This document shows positions 37,354 through 48,048 of a DNA stretch of 64,000 bases, piece by piece. The notes beneath the pieces were generated by a model. That model was not told the origin of the DNA. It did not search any database and saw only the letters and a program-made list of their open reading frames with translations. Within the stretch, counting starts at the first letter, position 1, and the number at the start of each line of letters is the position of its first letter. The DNA comes from Candidatus Nomurabacteria bacterium (GTDB lineage Bacteria > Patescibacteriota > Minisyncoccia > Phycocordibacterales > Phycocordibacteraceae), in NCBI GenBank assembly GCA_943353835.1, contig CALRBA010000001.1:17497-81496 (forward strand), given 5' to 3'. A program made the position numbers and the translations under genes.

Positions 37354-39611
37354 AACATTTTGTCTTCAGCTTCGTTTACGTTTCCGCCAAAGGCGGACCC
37401 GCCTACGGCAGGCGCAGTACGCGTTAGCACCTCGCGCGGTTTAGACCCGTCTGCTTGGCCGATGACACCCCTAGCCTCAAGAACGTCCATAAGTCGCGCG
37501 GCTCGCGAATAACCTATTTTTAATTTGCGTTGGAGATAGGAGGTAGAAGCGCGTCCGGCTGCCTCTACAGTCACACGCGCTTCTTCATACAAATCGTCAT
37601 CTATCTCATCGTCCAGGTCGCCGTTCACGAGCCCGATAACATCGTTCGGTTCGGTACTCGTACCGCCGCCTCCGAAGTCTATGCTGGATAGGTCGCCGGC
37701 ATTATGACTCTTTATATAACTCACCACCTTTCTCACTTCGTTCTCGCTGATAAAGGCTGTTTGTATGCGCACTGGCTTACCCATATCGCTTGATAGGTAG
37801 AGCATATCGCCGGCTCCAAGTAGTGTTTCTGCCCCCGACCCGTCAAGAATGGTGCGAGAATCTATCTGCGAAGCTACCTGAAGCGCCATACGCGTCGGCA
37901 CGTTTGCCTTAATGAGTCCCGTGATGACGTTCACCGAGGGGCGCTGTGTGGAGAGTATCAAATGAATTCCGGTCGCCCGTGACATCTGTGCGAGTCGGAC
38001 TATTGAAGCCTCTAGCTCTCGCGGATAGCTGTGCATGATGTCAGCGAGCTCGTCTATGACTATAACGATGAAGGGGAGCGCCTCGGGCATATCTTCACTC
38101 GACTTCGCTCGTGACAAGCCTGCCGCCTTTTTTGCAGGTTCAAATATAGTTGTGTGATATGAGTCAATATCGCGCACATGCTCTGCTTCAAGAATGTTAT
38201 AACGACGTTCCATCTCCTTGGCGGCCCACTTGAGAGAGAATATGGTTTTCTTCGGGTCGGTGATGACCGGCGTGAGTAGATGCGGAATGCCGTTGTAGGC
38301 AGTTAGCTCTACGCGCTTCGGGTCAATCATTATAAAGCGTAGTTGGTTCGGGCCGTTTCGGTAGAGAAGAGAAGTAATGAGTGCGTGTATTGCCACGCTT
38401 TTCCCGGAACCAGTAGCGCCGGCGACAAGCGCGTGAGGCATCTTCGCGATGTTTACATAGTGAGGGGCGCCGGTGATGTCGCGACCGAGTGCGGCTAAGA
38501 GCGGTTTCGTACTCTGCGACCACTCGGGTGTGGAGAGTAAACCGCCGAGTCCGACCATCGCCTTGGTCGTATTCGGCACCTCAATGCCGACGAGCGATTT
38601 CCCAGGGATTGGCGCTTCAATCCTTACCGGGTGTGCGGCGAGCGCGAGCTCCAGATTATTAGCGAGTGAGACAATCTTTGAGAGGCGCACTCCCTCGGCT
38701 GGCTTCACTGCGTAGCGCGTGACTGTGGGGCCGACAGAGACCTCGTCCATCTCCAAGTGAATGCCGAAGTTCTGGAATGTGCGTTTGATAATATTTGCAT
38801 TCGCCTTAATATCGCCGACACCCGGTTTACCGCGGTCAGCGCCGAGGATGGAGAGAGGAGGCGCTTCGTATTCGGCGTCAAAGTTCACTATGCCGGAGCC
38901 CTGTCTGCTCGCCTCGCTGGAGCTATGGCGAAGCGGGCCCGTTGTGCGATTGAAGACGTTTATGACTGGGTCGCTCTCCTGTGTCTCATATATGTCATCA
39001 TTTTCAGATTCATAATTTTCATCCCCAGACTCCGGTACCCCGACAACATCAGTGAATTCTTCTGACAATTCTTCACCATCTCTGCGCGAGCGGATACGTC
39101 CCCAAACGGAGGAGACATTCTCGCTCATAAGCGCCCACAGCATTTCTATGTCGCTTACGATGGCTATGCCTACAGCGATAGTAGCGACAAGTAACACAAA
39201 TGCTCCCCAGAAGCCGAAGAATCCTGTAAGAGCTCCGCCGAGTAAAGTGCCAGCCTTCCCGCCGAAATCTGCACCATGGAATAGACCGGCGAATGCCAGA
39301 ACAGAAGCGAGAATAATAACAATTCCTGAAGCAGTAAGCGGTTCTAGAATAGTACGACGGAATCCCGCATAAACTCCAACTGCTATTAATGCGAATGGCA
39401 GTAGAAATGCTCCTATACCGACTACCGCATAACTCGCTGTGAAAATGGTTGTGCCTACCGGTCCAGCGGCGCCAAATATCGCAAGAGTAAATAAAACGCC
39501 AACTGCCAACAAAACAATAGCAGAGGCATAACGAATTAATGTGTCGTATCCCCTCACGTCTTCATCGCGTACACGCCCTCTCCGTGTACCGTTATCATTT
39601 CTGCGACTCAT
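37350..39611 (-). CDS. ftsK: DNA translocase FtsK/SpoIIIE
   Basis: N-terminal 4-TM domain, linker, and motor domain with GATGSGKSV Walker A. Confidence 0.85.
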   Translation of the reverse strand: MSRRNDNGTRRGRVRDEDVRGYDTLIRYASAIVLLAVGVLFTLAIFGAAGPVGTTIFTASYAVVGIGAFLLPFALIAVGVYAGFRRTILEPLTASGIVIILASVLAFAGLFHGADFGGKAGTLLGGALTGFFGFWGAFVLLVATIAVGIAIVSDIEMLWALMSENVSSVWGRIRSRRDGEELSEEFTDVVGVPESGDENYESENDDIYETQESDPVINVFNRTTGPLRHSSSEASRQGSGIVNFDAEYEAPPLSILGADRGKPGVGDIKANANIIKRTFQNFGIHLEMDEVSVGPTVTRYAVKPAEGVRLSKIVSLANNLELALAAHPVRIEAPIPGKSLVGIEVPNTTKAMVGLGGLLSTPEWSQSTKPLLAALGRDITGAPHYVNIAKMPHALVAGATGSGKSVAIHALITSLLYRNGPNQLRFIMIDPKRVELTAYNGIPHLLTPVITDPKKTIFSLKWAAKEMERRYNILEAEHVRDIDSYHTTIFEPAKKAAGLSRAKSSEDMPEALPFIVIVIDELADIMHSYPRELEASIVRLAQMSRATGIHLILSTQRPSVNVITGLIKANVPTRMALQVASQIDSRTILDGSGAETLLGAGDMLYLSSDMGKPVRIQTAFISENEVRKVVSYIKSHNAGDLSSIDFGGGGTSTEPNDVIGLVNGDLDDEIDDDLYEEARVTVEAAGRASTSYLQRKLKIGYSRAARLMDVLEARGVIGQADGSKPREVLTRTAPAVGGSAFGGNVNEAEDKMF

Positions 39612-39711
39612 AATATGTATATTGTAGCATCATGCGATACATTCCGAATACGCAACCCACTTAAAACAACTTGCATCCTATTCTATAAGACATATACTTC
39701 TTAAATAGCGT

Positions 39712-40488
39712 ATGCAAAAAAGACAAGATATAGGACAGAATACAGAAATACAACAAATCCAAGCGAAAGGCAGAAGTAGCTATTCAGAAGACTTTGTCCT
39801 AGAAAAAAACATATTTAATAACATATTTGAAAAAGACATACGCAGAGTATTTATCTATAAAAAGGCTGAAAGGCTCGCGAAAGCGATTCATCTTATCACT
39901 CCCGCGTTCGCCGAATCTGTGTCTCTCCGAAACCGTATTGACGCTATTTCTATAGGGCTTGTTGATGCGGCTATACTTCCATCCGGCACGGCCCGTACGG
40001 CTCTCTCACGCGAGCTTCTGGCACTTTCAAGTGTGCTCGGGATCGCGCGAACTGGTGGGCTACTTTCGTCTATGAATGCAGAAATTATCGTTCGTGAAGC
40101 CCGTATTTTACTTCAAGAAGTTGCCGCTTATGAAGAGCCGAGACTTTTTTTAGACGATGCTCCGACACTTTCAGAAATCGCGAAACTTCAAAACTCAAAT
40201 CAAAAGGAACCAAAAAAACAAGCCACTAAACTTATTACACGTGCACATCCCTCCGAAGGCGGAAAAGTGCACATTAAGGACATTAAGGACACAAAGAGTA
40301 TAAAGGACAGAAGTGACGCCGTATTGTCCGTTATAAGGAACAAAGGGGAGGCGAGCATAAAGGACATTTCTACGCTAATTCGCGGAGTATCAGAGAAGAC
40401 TATTCAGCGCGAGCTCTCGGCCCTTATCAGCTCGGGGGTAGTGTTGAAAAGAGGAGAGCGTCGTTGGAGCACTTATTCCCTGCGGTGA
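39712..40488 (+). CDS. Hypothetical protein with a C-terminal winged-helix DNA-binding domain
   Basis: C-terminal IKDISTLIRGVSEKTIQRELSALISSGVVLKRGE resembles a DeoR/ArsR-type wHTH. Confidence 0.4.
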   Translation: MQKRQDIGQNTEIQQIQAKGRSSYSEDFVLEKNIFNNIFEKDIRRVFIYKKAERLAKAIHLITPAFAESVSLRNRIDAISIGLVDAAILPSGTARTALSRELLALSSVLGIARTGGLLSSMNAEIIVREARILLQEVAAYEEPRLFLDDAPTLSEIAKLQNSNQKEPKKQATKLITRAHPSEGGKVHIKDIKDTKSIKDRSDAVLSVIRNKGEASIKDISTLIRGVSEKTIQRELSALISSGVVLKRGERRWSTYSLR

Positions 40489-40723
40489 GCGAAGTCGAAT
40501 CGTTTGACTTCGTAACCTGTATTTGCTAGAGTTATCCACATCCTAGTAATAGGAGCCAATTGTTCTTAGTTATATACTATGCAAGTCCTTATGGGGACTT
40601 TTTCAACCCTTGCCAACTAACCCATGGCTCACTGGTCGATACCGTGCGCTGTGGGATAGTGTGAAATTAAAAGTGCTCAATCACCTTACTTATTATGTGC
40701 TTCTTAAATTCTTAACAATTGTT

Positions 40724-43700
40724 ATGCAAATGATAACTACAAAAGCGAATGTGAAAGTTGCGGTAGTAGCAACAGGACTCGCCCTCGCGATGTCAGTACT
40801 CTCGTTCGCGCCTATGGCGCAGGCGGCTCTGACTAGCACGCAAGTCTCGGCTATCGTCGCACTTCTCACTTCGTTCGGTGCTGACGCATCAACTATCGCA
40901 AACGTTCAGGCATCGCTCACGGGCGGTACGCCTTCGGTTCCTTCAACGCCAGCTTCTACAACCTTTACGAGAGACCTAAAGGTCGGCTCGACGGGTGCAG
41001 ATGTAACGGCGCTTCAGAATGCGCTTAAGGCTGGTGGATATATGTCGTCTAGCGCGACGGGCTACTTCGGTGCCCTCACGAAGGCTGGCGTTATGGCGTG
41101 GCAGACGGCGATGAAAGTCACCCCTGCAACCGGCTACTTCGGCGCGAAGTCTCGTGCAGCATTCGGCGGCGCAGTCGCGACGACTCCGGGAGATCCGATA
41201 ACGGGCAACGGCCTTAAGGTCATGCTCGCGACGGACTCTCCGAACAATGTCGCACTCGTAGCAGGTCAGGCGATTGGTGCTCTCGCGAAGTACACCTTCT
41301 CGAACCCGACCGCGACTGAGATCAAGGTTACGAACCTTGCCTTCAAGCGTATCGGTGTCAGCAATGATTCCACACTTGCAAACGTCTACCTCTACAGCAC
41401 GACAAAGCGTCTCACTGATTCGGCAGGCGTGAGCAATTCGGCGTTCAGCTTCAACGACCCGACAGGACTCTTCACGGTACCGGCAGGAACGACCTACACG
41501 GTCTCCGTTCTTGCTGATATCGCGGGTTCTACGTCCGGTCAGCAAGTTGGCGTCCAGCTCACTGCGGTGACATCAACGGGCACGCTTGATTCTTCTGTAT
41601 CGTTCCCAGTCAATGGGTACACGCAGACAGTCTCTGCCGCGACTCTCGCAACCGCTGACTTCAACACAACGACGAATCCGGCGGTTGCTACAGCGGCCGC
41701 ACAGAACGATTACACGGTCTGGAGCAACTCAACCACCATCGGCACGCGAGCGGTGAAGCTTGAGTCATTACAGCTTCGCAATATCGGTTCTGTCGACCGC
41801 GCCGACATCAAGAACTTCCGTCTCTATGTGAAGGGAGTTATGGTGGGCTCGGCGGTTGCTTCTATTGCCTCCGATGACACAATCACCTTCGATCTCTCGG
41901 CAAGTTCGGCTCGCATTGAGACCGGCACAGCTGAAATAAAGGTCGTCGGCGATATCATCTCCGGCTCGGGCAACACCTTCCAGTTCTCACTGCGAAGGGC
42001 ATCTGACGCACGCATTGTCGACACTGACCTGAACCAGCCAATCCTCGCGACGGCAAACGGTTCTACCTTCAGCGCTCGCTCGGCGACGTCCGCTACTGTT
42101 GATTCGGGTACGGTATCGACGGTCAAGGCGAACAGCTCACAGTCCTCAAACGTCGCGCTCGGCGCAATGGGTGTGAGGTGGGCGACCTTCGAGCTCCGCG
42201 CCGCTGGCGAGGATGTGAAGATTGAAAGCCTCGATGTCCAAGCGAACACCACGCTCGACCGCGGTCTCGATAACGGTAAAGTCTTCCTCAACGGCGTGCA
42301 GGTCGGTTCTACCAAGGACCTTACCGACGCTACGGATGTGAACTTCACCTTCGGTTCGTCTATGATCTTGAAGGCGGGTACGACGGCTATTGTTGAAATC
42401 TACGCTGACGCGAAGTCCACGACCGGTGCGACGTTCGTTACGGGTGAAACCGCGGCGATTACGCTCGGCACTGGCGCCTCAAACGCCCAGGGTCAGAAGT
42501 CGCTCACCAGCATCAACACACCGACGGCTGACGTAACGGCAAACACGGTTACCATCTCGTCTTCTACGCTCACGCTGACGAAGTTCTCGGGCTATGGTAA
42601 TCAGACGATGATTGCCGGTACGAACAACGTAAAACTCGGTTCCTTCACGCTCTCAACCGGCGCTACGGAAGGTGTCAATATAAACACTCTTACCGTCGCG
42701 CTTTCTTCAGACGAGTCCGCGACTATCACGGACCTCATTCTGAAGGACGGCAACGCGCAAATCGGCACCACGAAATCCGCGCCGTCTACCAGCAACGCGT
42801 TCTCGGTGAATGTCACTATGGGTACTTCGGTAACGAAGACCATCGACATCTACGGGAACATTAAGTCCGGTAGCAATGTCGGCTCGTGGATTGCGAACAT
42901 CGACGCAACAGCGACTGGTTCAGTAACCGGAAGCACCGTTGATGCAGACGCAGTTGACCTGCAGACCATCACGCTCAGCACTGCGGTGCTCACCGCGGCG
43001 AACAACACGGGTTCCACACCTGATTCTACGAACGTTATCGCGGGCACTGCAGAAGTGAAGGTCGGCTCGTTCCGCTTCACCGCGCAGTACTCGCCGTACA
43101 CGGTTCAGGAAATCAGGGTAAAAATCCCGGCGAATGCCGCAACGAGCGTTACGGCTGTTACCCTCAAGTGGGCAGGCGGTTCTGCTACGCAGGCCCTTAC
43201 CCTCTCGAGCGGTGCACTACAGACCCACGCAACGTCAACCTTCACAGGTCTCTCGTTCGTGGTACCGGAGAACTCCGATGCTGACCTCGATGTCTTCGTC
43301 GGTATTCCGACGGTAGCTTCGGGTGCAAGCTCGGGCTCGGCGATCTCGGCCATTCTTGACTTCAACGAAGGATTCAAGGCGGTTGACTCGTCTGGCACAT
43401 CTGACACATCGCTTTCAGGTGCCGACCTTACTTCGGCGTCAACTGGCAAGGGTACGATGTTTGTAAGAAAGTCTATCGCGACGCTCTCTGCTGTCGCGCT
43501 TGACACCACGAACCTCGCGGCAGGATCCGATCAGGTCCTTGCTCGTGTGAAACTCACTGCTGGCGCATCAGGCGATATCGGCTGGAAGAAGCTCGCCTTC
43601 ACGGTCAACAAGACCGCGGCGATAACGCTTGGCGCTACGACGACTATTGCTCTCTACAACACCGCGAATACCCAGATAACGGGTACAATCGCGACGACGA

Positions 43701-44068
43701 CGGGCAGTCAAACGACGAAAACACAGGCCTTCGGTTCTGAAACCTCCGGCATCCTCGTATTCGAAGCGACCAGCGAACAGCAGATTTCTGCCGGTTCCTC
43801 GGTCACCTACGAACTTCGCGGTACGGTTGGCGGTATAGCCTCAGGTGCTAACTCTGTGAGCGTCTCTATCGCGGCTCCGAACACTTCGGAGACGACGGTT
43901 GCATACGCGACGATTCACACAGCAGTTGGAGACACCGGCGAGTCGTTCGTCTGGTCTGATAGGTCTTCTATCAGCACCGTGCACAGCGAAGCCACGCTTG
44001 ACTGGACTCATGACTACCTGATTAAGACCCTCCCTCTTACGGTGGGTAGCCGGTCAGTCAACTTCTAA
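40724..44068 (+). CDS. Giant secreted Thr/Ser/Ala/Gly-rich surface protein with an N-terminal peptidoglycan-binding (PG_binding_1-like) domain
   Basis: Signal peptide ending AQA; DLKVGSTGADVTALQNALKAGGY...GYFGALTKAGVMAWQ PG-binding repeat; >1000 aa of low-complexity beta-rich sequence; GC-rich third positions. Confidence 0.55.
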   Translation: MQMITTKANVKVAVVATGLALAMSVLSFAPMAQAALTSTQVSAIVALLTSFGADASTIANVQASLTGGTPSVPSTPASTTFTRDLKVGSTGADVTALQNALKAGGYMSSSATGYFGALTKAGVMAWQTAMKVTPATGYFGAKSRAAFGGAVATTPGDPITGNGLKVMLATDSPNNVALVAGQAIGALAKYTFSNPTATEIKVTNLAFKRIGVSNDSTLANVYLYSTTKRLTDSAGVSNSAFSFNDPTGLFTVPAGTTYTVSVLADIAGSTSGQQVGVQLTAVTSTGTLDSSVSFPVNGYTQTVSAATLATADFNTTTNPAVATAAAQNDYTVWSNSTTIGTRAVKLESLQLRNIGSVDRADIKNFRLYVKGVMVGSAVASIASDDTITFDLSASSARIETGTAEIKVVGDIISGSGNTFQFSLRRASDARIVDTDLNQPILATANGSTFSARSATSATVDSGTVSTVKANSSQSSNVALGAMGVRWATFELRAAGEDVKIESLDVQANTTLDRGLDNGKVFLNGVQVGSTKDLTDATDVNFTFGSSMILKAGTTAIVEIYADAKSTTGATFVTGETAAITLGTGASNAQGQKSLTSINTPTADVTANTVTISSSTLTLTKFSGYGNQTMIAGTNNVKLGSFTLSTGATEGVNINTLTVALSSDESATITDLILKDGNAQIGTTKSAPSTSNAFSVNVTMGTSVTKTIDIYGNIKSGSNVGSWIANIDATATGSVTGSTVDADAVDLQTITLSTAVLTAANNTGSTPDSTNVIAGTAEVKVGSFRFTAQYSPYTVQEIRVKIPANAATSVTAVTLKWAGGSATQALTLSSGALQTHATSTFTGLSFVVPENSDADLDVFVGIPTVASGASSGSAISAILDFNEGFKAVDSSGTSDTSLSGADLTSASTGKGTMFVRKSIATLSAVALDTTNLAAGSDQVLARVKLTAGASGDIGWKKLAFTVNKTAAITLGATTTIALYNTANTQITGTIATTTGSQTTKTQAFGSETSGILVFEATSEQQISAGSSVTYELRGTVGGIASGANSVSVSIAAPNTSETTVAYATIHTAVGDTGESFVWSDRSSISTVHSEATLDWTHDYLIKTLPLTVGSRSVNF

Positions 44069-44169
44069 TCTCGCTTACGGTAGCTCTCTCGCGCTTCTAC
44101 GCGCTAGAAACTCTAGCTAGGACATTGGCACCCCTACGGGTACGATGTAACATCGCCTAGCAAAACAAA

Positions 44170-44200
44170 AAACACCTCAATAAGAGGTGTTTTTTGTTAT
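44170..44200 (+). terminator. Intrinsic terminator (cacctcaataagaggtg + T-run)
   Basis: Hairpin followed by ttttttgtt. Confidence 0.55.
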
Positions 44201-44280
44201 CCACAGGTCTTTGTTTAGGTCTGACCTTCACAACAACCTACTGCTGGGGCGATTTTGTGTTTTCTCATTAATGTTCCGTT

Positions 44281-44997
44281 ATGATATGCTCCAATCATAT
44301 GCGCAAAACACAGATGTTCGTCATTGGCGGTGTCCTGATTATCCTCATCATCGGAGCCGTGCAGTTCTTATACCCGCGTTCTGCCGTTTCTCCAACTACA
44401 TCCACCGCGACATCTACTACTGAACAAAACGTCAGCACCACGACAATTCCTGTTACTTCTGTAACAAATGTGAAAATTACACAGAAAAGTCCGACGGCGT
44501 ATTCTATTTCACTATCAGAAGGAGATACTGTCGTCTCGTGGGACTTCAAAGGCGCGTACACTGGTAATCCGGAGCTCGTGACGAAAGCGCAGGATGAAAT
44601 TAAGCGTTTGTCTGGACTTTTAGCTACCGCTACCTCCTCTAAAATGATTCTCTCGGTTAGTGTAGCGAACCAGTATGAGCTTCTCGGCGACGGGAAAAAT
44701 CAATATGACTATCTAAAGCGCGCGATACAGGCGAATACTGAAAACGGACTGCCGTGGCACAATCTCGGTGTCTTGATGGAGCGACTAGGCGCTTTTAATA
44801 CTGCGCGCGTCGCATATGAAAAATCAACACATCTTCAGCCGCAATTCCAGTTCTATCATTTTGCGTATCTTGAATTCCTCACATCACGAATGAAAGACGA
44901 CACGGCCGTTATTGAAAATGCGTTTGCATTTGCAGAAGAAAACATAGGCAAGACTCCCTATCTCTCCGAGCTTCGCACAGAGTGGATGAAGCCATGA
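44281..44997 (+). CDS. Membrane-anchored hypothetical protein with TPR-like C-terminus
   Basis: TM anchor, Thr-rich linker, and a C-terminal helical-repeat region. Confidence 0.4.
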   Translation: MICSNHMRKTQMFVIGGVLIILIIGAVQFLYPRSAVSPTTSTATSTTEQNVSTTTIPVTSVTNVKITQKSPTAYSISLSEGDTVVSWDFKGAYTGNPELVTKAQDEIKRLSGLLATATSSKMILSVSVANQYELLGDGKNQYDYLKRAIQANTENGLPWHNLGVLMERLGAFNTARVAYEKSTHLQPQFQFYHFAYLEFLTSRMKDDTAVIENAFAFAEENIGKTPYLSELRTEWMKP

Positions 44998-47231
44998 CCG
45001 ACCGGCTCGCCAGAATATTTCCGTATCTTCTTATCGCGTCAGCGATCCTACCACTCGTCTATGTAAGCGGTCTGGTGTATCCGTATGTCGCGCCAAAGAC
45101 GTTTCTTCTTCAGAGTATCGGTATTATCGCGCTCGCAATATTTGCATATTTGGCTCTTTCAGGACGACCATTCTTTTATGGACGTTTGCAAAATTGGTTC
45201 AGTTGGATTCCTCTTGCACTTCTAACAGTTGCGTATGTGTCGTCCGTTTTCGGCGTTGATTTCTATCGCAGTTTCTGGGGCCTTTTTGACCGCGGAGACA
45301 GCCTTCTGACATCCACGGTCATCACCATATTCTTCTACCTCATTCTTATTTCTGCCGACCGTCAATTATTAGAACGTCTCGTGAAAACAATCGCCGTAGT
45401 CGCCGGAATAGTTGCCGGCATTGCCGTTCTCCAATGGTTTACAACAACACTTGGAGGAAAAGCACTTTTCTTGCCACCGGTTACGGGGCGTATCGGCAGT
45501 ACACTCGGCAACGCTGCATTCCTCGCCGGATACCTCAGTATGTCTCTTTTCATAATCCTTCTCGTACTCCGAGATGCTGTAGGTGTATGGCGTAACGTTT
45601 TTAAAATAGCGGCAGTCCTCTCTGTTCTGGCGATACTCTTCGCCGCGACGCGCGGGACAATCCTCGCTCTTATAGTCACCGGTATCGTCGCACTCGCGTA
45701 TGTTGCTCGGAGTGGAGAAGAAAAAGTTAGGCGAGGCGCGCGATACGGGCTTCTGGCGCTCGCCGTGTTCGCAGGCATCTTTTTTGTATTTCGGGCCGAG
45801 CTCGCACAGGTTCAATTTGAGCCCGTTAGCCGTATTGCCTCCATTTCGATTTCTGACGGGACGGTCGCGAGCCGTCTCTTCGTCTGGCAGAATGTAGGTA
45901 CAGAAGCACTTCAACGTCCGTGGCAGGGTTACGGTGCCGAGCATATCGCACATCTTTTTAATAAAATCTACGACCCAAGCAATATCGTGGAGCAGTGGTT
46001 TGACCGTTCGCATAATGCTTTCTTGGATTATTTCGTACAGTACGGAATATTCGGTCTTGGACTGTATCTGGCGCTCATCGGCGCATTTGCAGTTTCTGCT
46101 TGGCGACTATACCGTAACGAGGCGCCAAGCATTCTGAATTACGGATTCCTTTTTCTTCTTTTTATAACGACATATTCTGTTCAGAACTTTTTCGTCTTTG
46201 ATACACCGCATTCACTCTGGCTCTTATATGCAATGTTCGCCTCACTGCTCGTATTACTGGACGATTCTGCTGAATCTGCACTTCAAATACGCACACCGCT
46301 GTTCGTTTCTGTTTCTGCGAGTGTCGTAATACTCCTAGCCGTCATTCCGACTATTGTGTTTCCTCTTTATTCAAATATTCTACTTACGAAAGGATATCTA
46401 CTCCATCTCGTTGATGTAAAAAAAGCGAATGCATATTTTGAACGCGGACTCGCTGTCAACACATATGCAGACTTGGAATACGGGTATCAGGCATACGATA
46501 TGTACACGGCGCATCAGGCTGTACAGCTTAAAGGCGACGACCTCGTTTCTGCATACCAGTATGCATTGTCATTGTTGACTGCGAATTTCAAGAAATATCC
46601 GTATGATGCGCGAACTGCCACCTATCTCGGGCACGTTATGGACACGGCCCCGCCGAAGATTAAAATTGATGACGCGTTTGATAGAGAAGTGCTCGCGCGG
46701 GCGATAGAACTCTCGCCTCTGCGCGCGCAGGCTTGGTATATGACGGCGAACATTTCGCTCCGAAAGGCAGATGTGCTTCCTGTGGGTTCAAAAGAAAGAG
46801 AATCGTACTATCGTGAGGCCGTTAGGGTTCTGGAAACATATTCAGAAAAAGAACCCACACTTCCTGTACCTAAATATATACTCGCGACTCTGTATTACGC
46901 ACTCGGGGATAAAGTGACAGCGAAGAAGTGGGCAGATGAAGCGTTACCGCTATACACGGAAATTGATATCGCGGCCGCGAGACCGGCAGTTAAGTATTAT
47001 ATAGCGATAGGTGACTGGCGCAGTGCGGTGCGTTTCTTAGCGGACTTGGTTGAAGATAATCCGTCTGATTATGATGTATTATATGACTTAGCGAAGGTGA
47101 CATATCTCGCGGGAGACCCGACCGTCGCACTCCGGATTGTGGAGAAACTTCGAAAAGAAAATCCGGCATTGCTCGAGACCGACCAGAATTTCCTTAATGC
47201 CATTACCGCCTATGAACAATCAAAAAAATAA
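44982..47231 (+). CDS. Wzy_C-family (O-antigen ligase / O-oligosaccharyltransferase-like) polytopic membrane protein with C-terminal TPR repeats
   Basis: ~12 TM helices, a large periplasmic loop and a C-terminal TPR array. Confidence 0.6.
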   Translation: MDEAMTDRLARIFPYLLIASAILPLVYVSGLVYPYVAPKTFLLQSIGIIALAIFAYLALSGRPFFYGRLQNWFSWIPLALLTVAYVSSVFGVDFYRSFWGLFDRGDSLLTSTVITIFFYLILISADRQLLERLVKTIAVVAGIVAGIAVLQWFTTTLGGKALFLPPVTGRIGSTLGNAAFLAGYLSMSLFIILLVLRDAVGVWRNVFKIAAVLSVLAILFAATRGTILALIVTGIVALAYVARSGEEKVRRGARYGLLALAVFAGIFFVFRAELAQVQFEPVSRIASISISDGTVASRLFVWQNVGTEALQRPWQGYGAEHIAHLFNKIYDPSNIVEQWFDRSHNAFLDYFVQYGIFGLGLYLALIGAFAVSAWRLYRNEAPSILNYGFLFLLFITTYSVQNFFVFDTPHSLWLLYAMFASLLVLLDDSAESALQIRTPLFVSVSASVVILLAVIPTIVFPLYSNILLTKGYLLHLVDVKKANAYFERGLAVNTYADLEYGYQAYDMYTAHQAVQLKGDDLVSAYQYALSLLTANFKKYPYDARTATYLGHVMDTAPPKIKIDDAFDREVLARAIELSPLRAQAWYMTANISLRKADVLPVGSKERESYYREAVRVLETYSEKEPTLPVPKYILATLYYALGDKVTAKKWADEALPLYTEIDIAAARPAVKYYIAIGDWRSAVRFLADLVEDNPSDYDVLYDLAKVTYLAGDPTVALRIVEKLRKENPALLETDQNFLNAITAYEQSKK

Positions 47232-47399
47232 CAATTCGCGCCTGCCTGACAGTCGGCAGGATACTGAGAGGCGGATACTTCCGTTTTTTATTGAGTTCGT
47301 GAAGTTCACCACCGGCTTCGCCGTTATCGTGGCGGCCGCGCTCCTCATGCTGAACGTCGCCACCGCTACTATGTGATGCCCCATCAAGCTATCGAGTAA

Positions 47400-47545
47400 A
47401 TTGATAATTTTGTGTGATTCTGATAGAGTAGTCACTGTACGAACCGAAGACCGTAGGCGTTTATAAGTCCTACGCAGGGAGACCTCTCGAATTCCTCGAG
47501 GTAAACCAGGTCGACTCTCCTTTATTTCGTTCGTGCAGAAAACAT
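47400..47545 (+). promoter_or_regulatory. Structured 5' leader of rplJ-rplL (candidate L10(L12)4 autoregulatory leader)
   Basis: Two perfect stem-loops (cgtagg...cctacg and cctcga...tcgagg) directly upstream of rplJ. Confidence 0.3.
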
Positions 47546-48040
47546 ATGGCAATATCAAAAGATAAGAAGCGCGCGATAATCGCGAAGCTCACAGACGCTT
47601 TTAAAGAAGCGTCTTCAGTCGCGTTTGTCAGTTTTTCAAAGCTCACTGTGAAGGATGCGTCTAGAGTTCGTAAAGAGCTTGCAGACGCGGGTGTGCGCTA
47701 CTACGTCGCCAAGAAGACACTACTTCTCATTGCTCTAAAGCAGCAAGGCTACGAAGGGCAAGCTCCTGACCTGCCGGGAGAAATTGCAGTCGCGTGGACT
47801 GCTACAGACACAGACACAACTGCACCAGCGCGTGGTGTGTATGACCTCGGTGAGAAACTGAAGGGCGCGATAGCGCTTGTCGGAGGAGTGTTTGAAGGTG
47901 TATTCGCGGACGCGACTAAGATGCTCGGCATCGCGACTATTCCGCCTATGCAAGTTCTTCGCGGAATGTTTGTAAATGTGCTCAACAGCCCGATACAGGG
48001 GTTGGTTATCGCGTTGAATGAAATTAGCAAAAAGAAATAA
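47546..48040 (+). CDS. rplJ: 50S ribosomal protein L10
   Basis: [37 protein letters not shown]. Confidence 0.9.
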   Translation: MAISKDKKRAIIAKLTDAFKEASSVAFVSFSKLTVKDASRVRKELADAGVRYYVAKKTLLLIALKQQGYEGQAPDLPGEIAVAWTATDTDTTAPARGVYDLGEKLKGAIALVGGVFEGVFADATKMLGIATIPPMQVLRGMFVNVLNSPIQGLVIALNEISKKK

Positions 48041-48048
48041 AATTATTT

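Noticed and set aside
40976-43509. Multiple long antisense and alternative-frame ORFs (e.g. 40976..41545 -, 41824..42348 -, 43105..43509 -) inside the giant surface-protein gene
   Set aside because: They lie within a GC3-rich, low-complexity coding region where stop codons are rare in all frames. Their translations are Arg/Cys-rich nonsense and have no start or SD context. The + frame ORF is continuous for 1152 codons with a signal peptide and a recognisable PG-binding domain.
47212-47376. 55-codon ORF overlapping the 3' end of the Wzy_C gene (MNNQKNNNSRLPDSRQDTERRILPFFIEFVKFTTGFAVIVAAALLMLNVATATM)
   Set aside because: It has a hydrophobic C-terminus, but it starts inside the upstream gene in another frame with no SD. 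I kept it out of the feature list.
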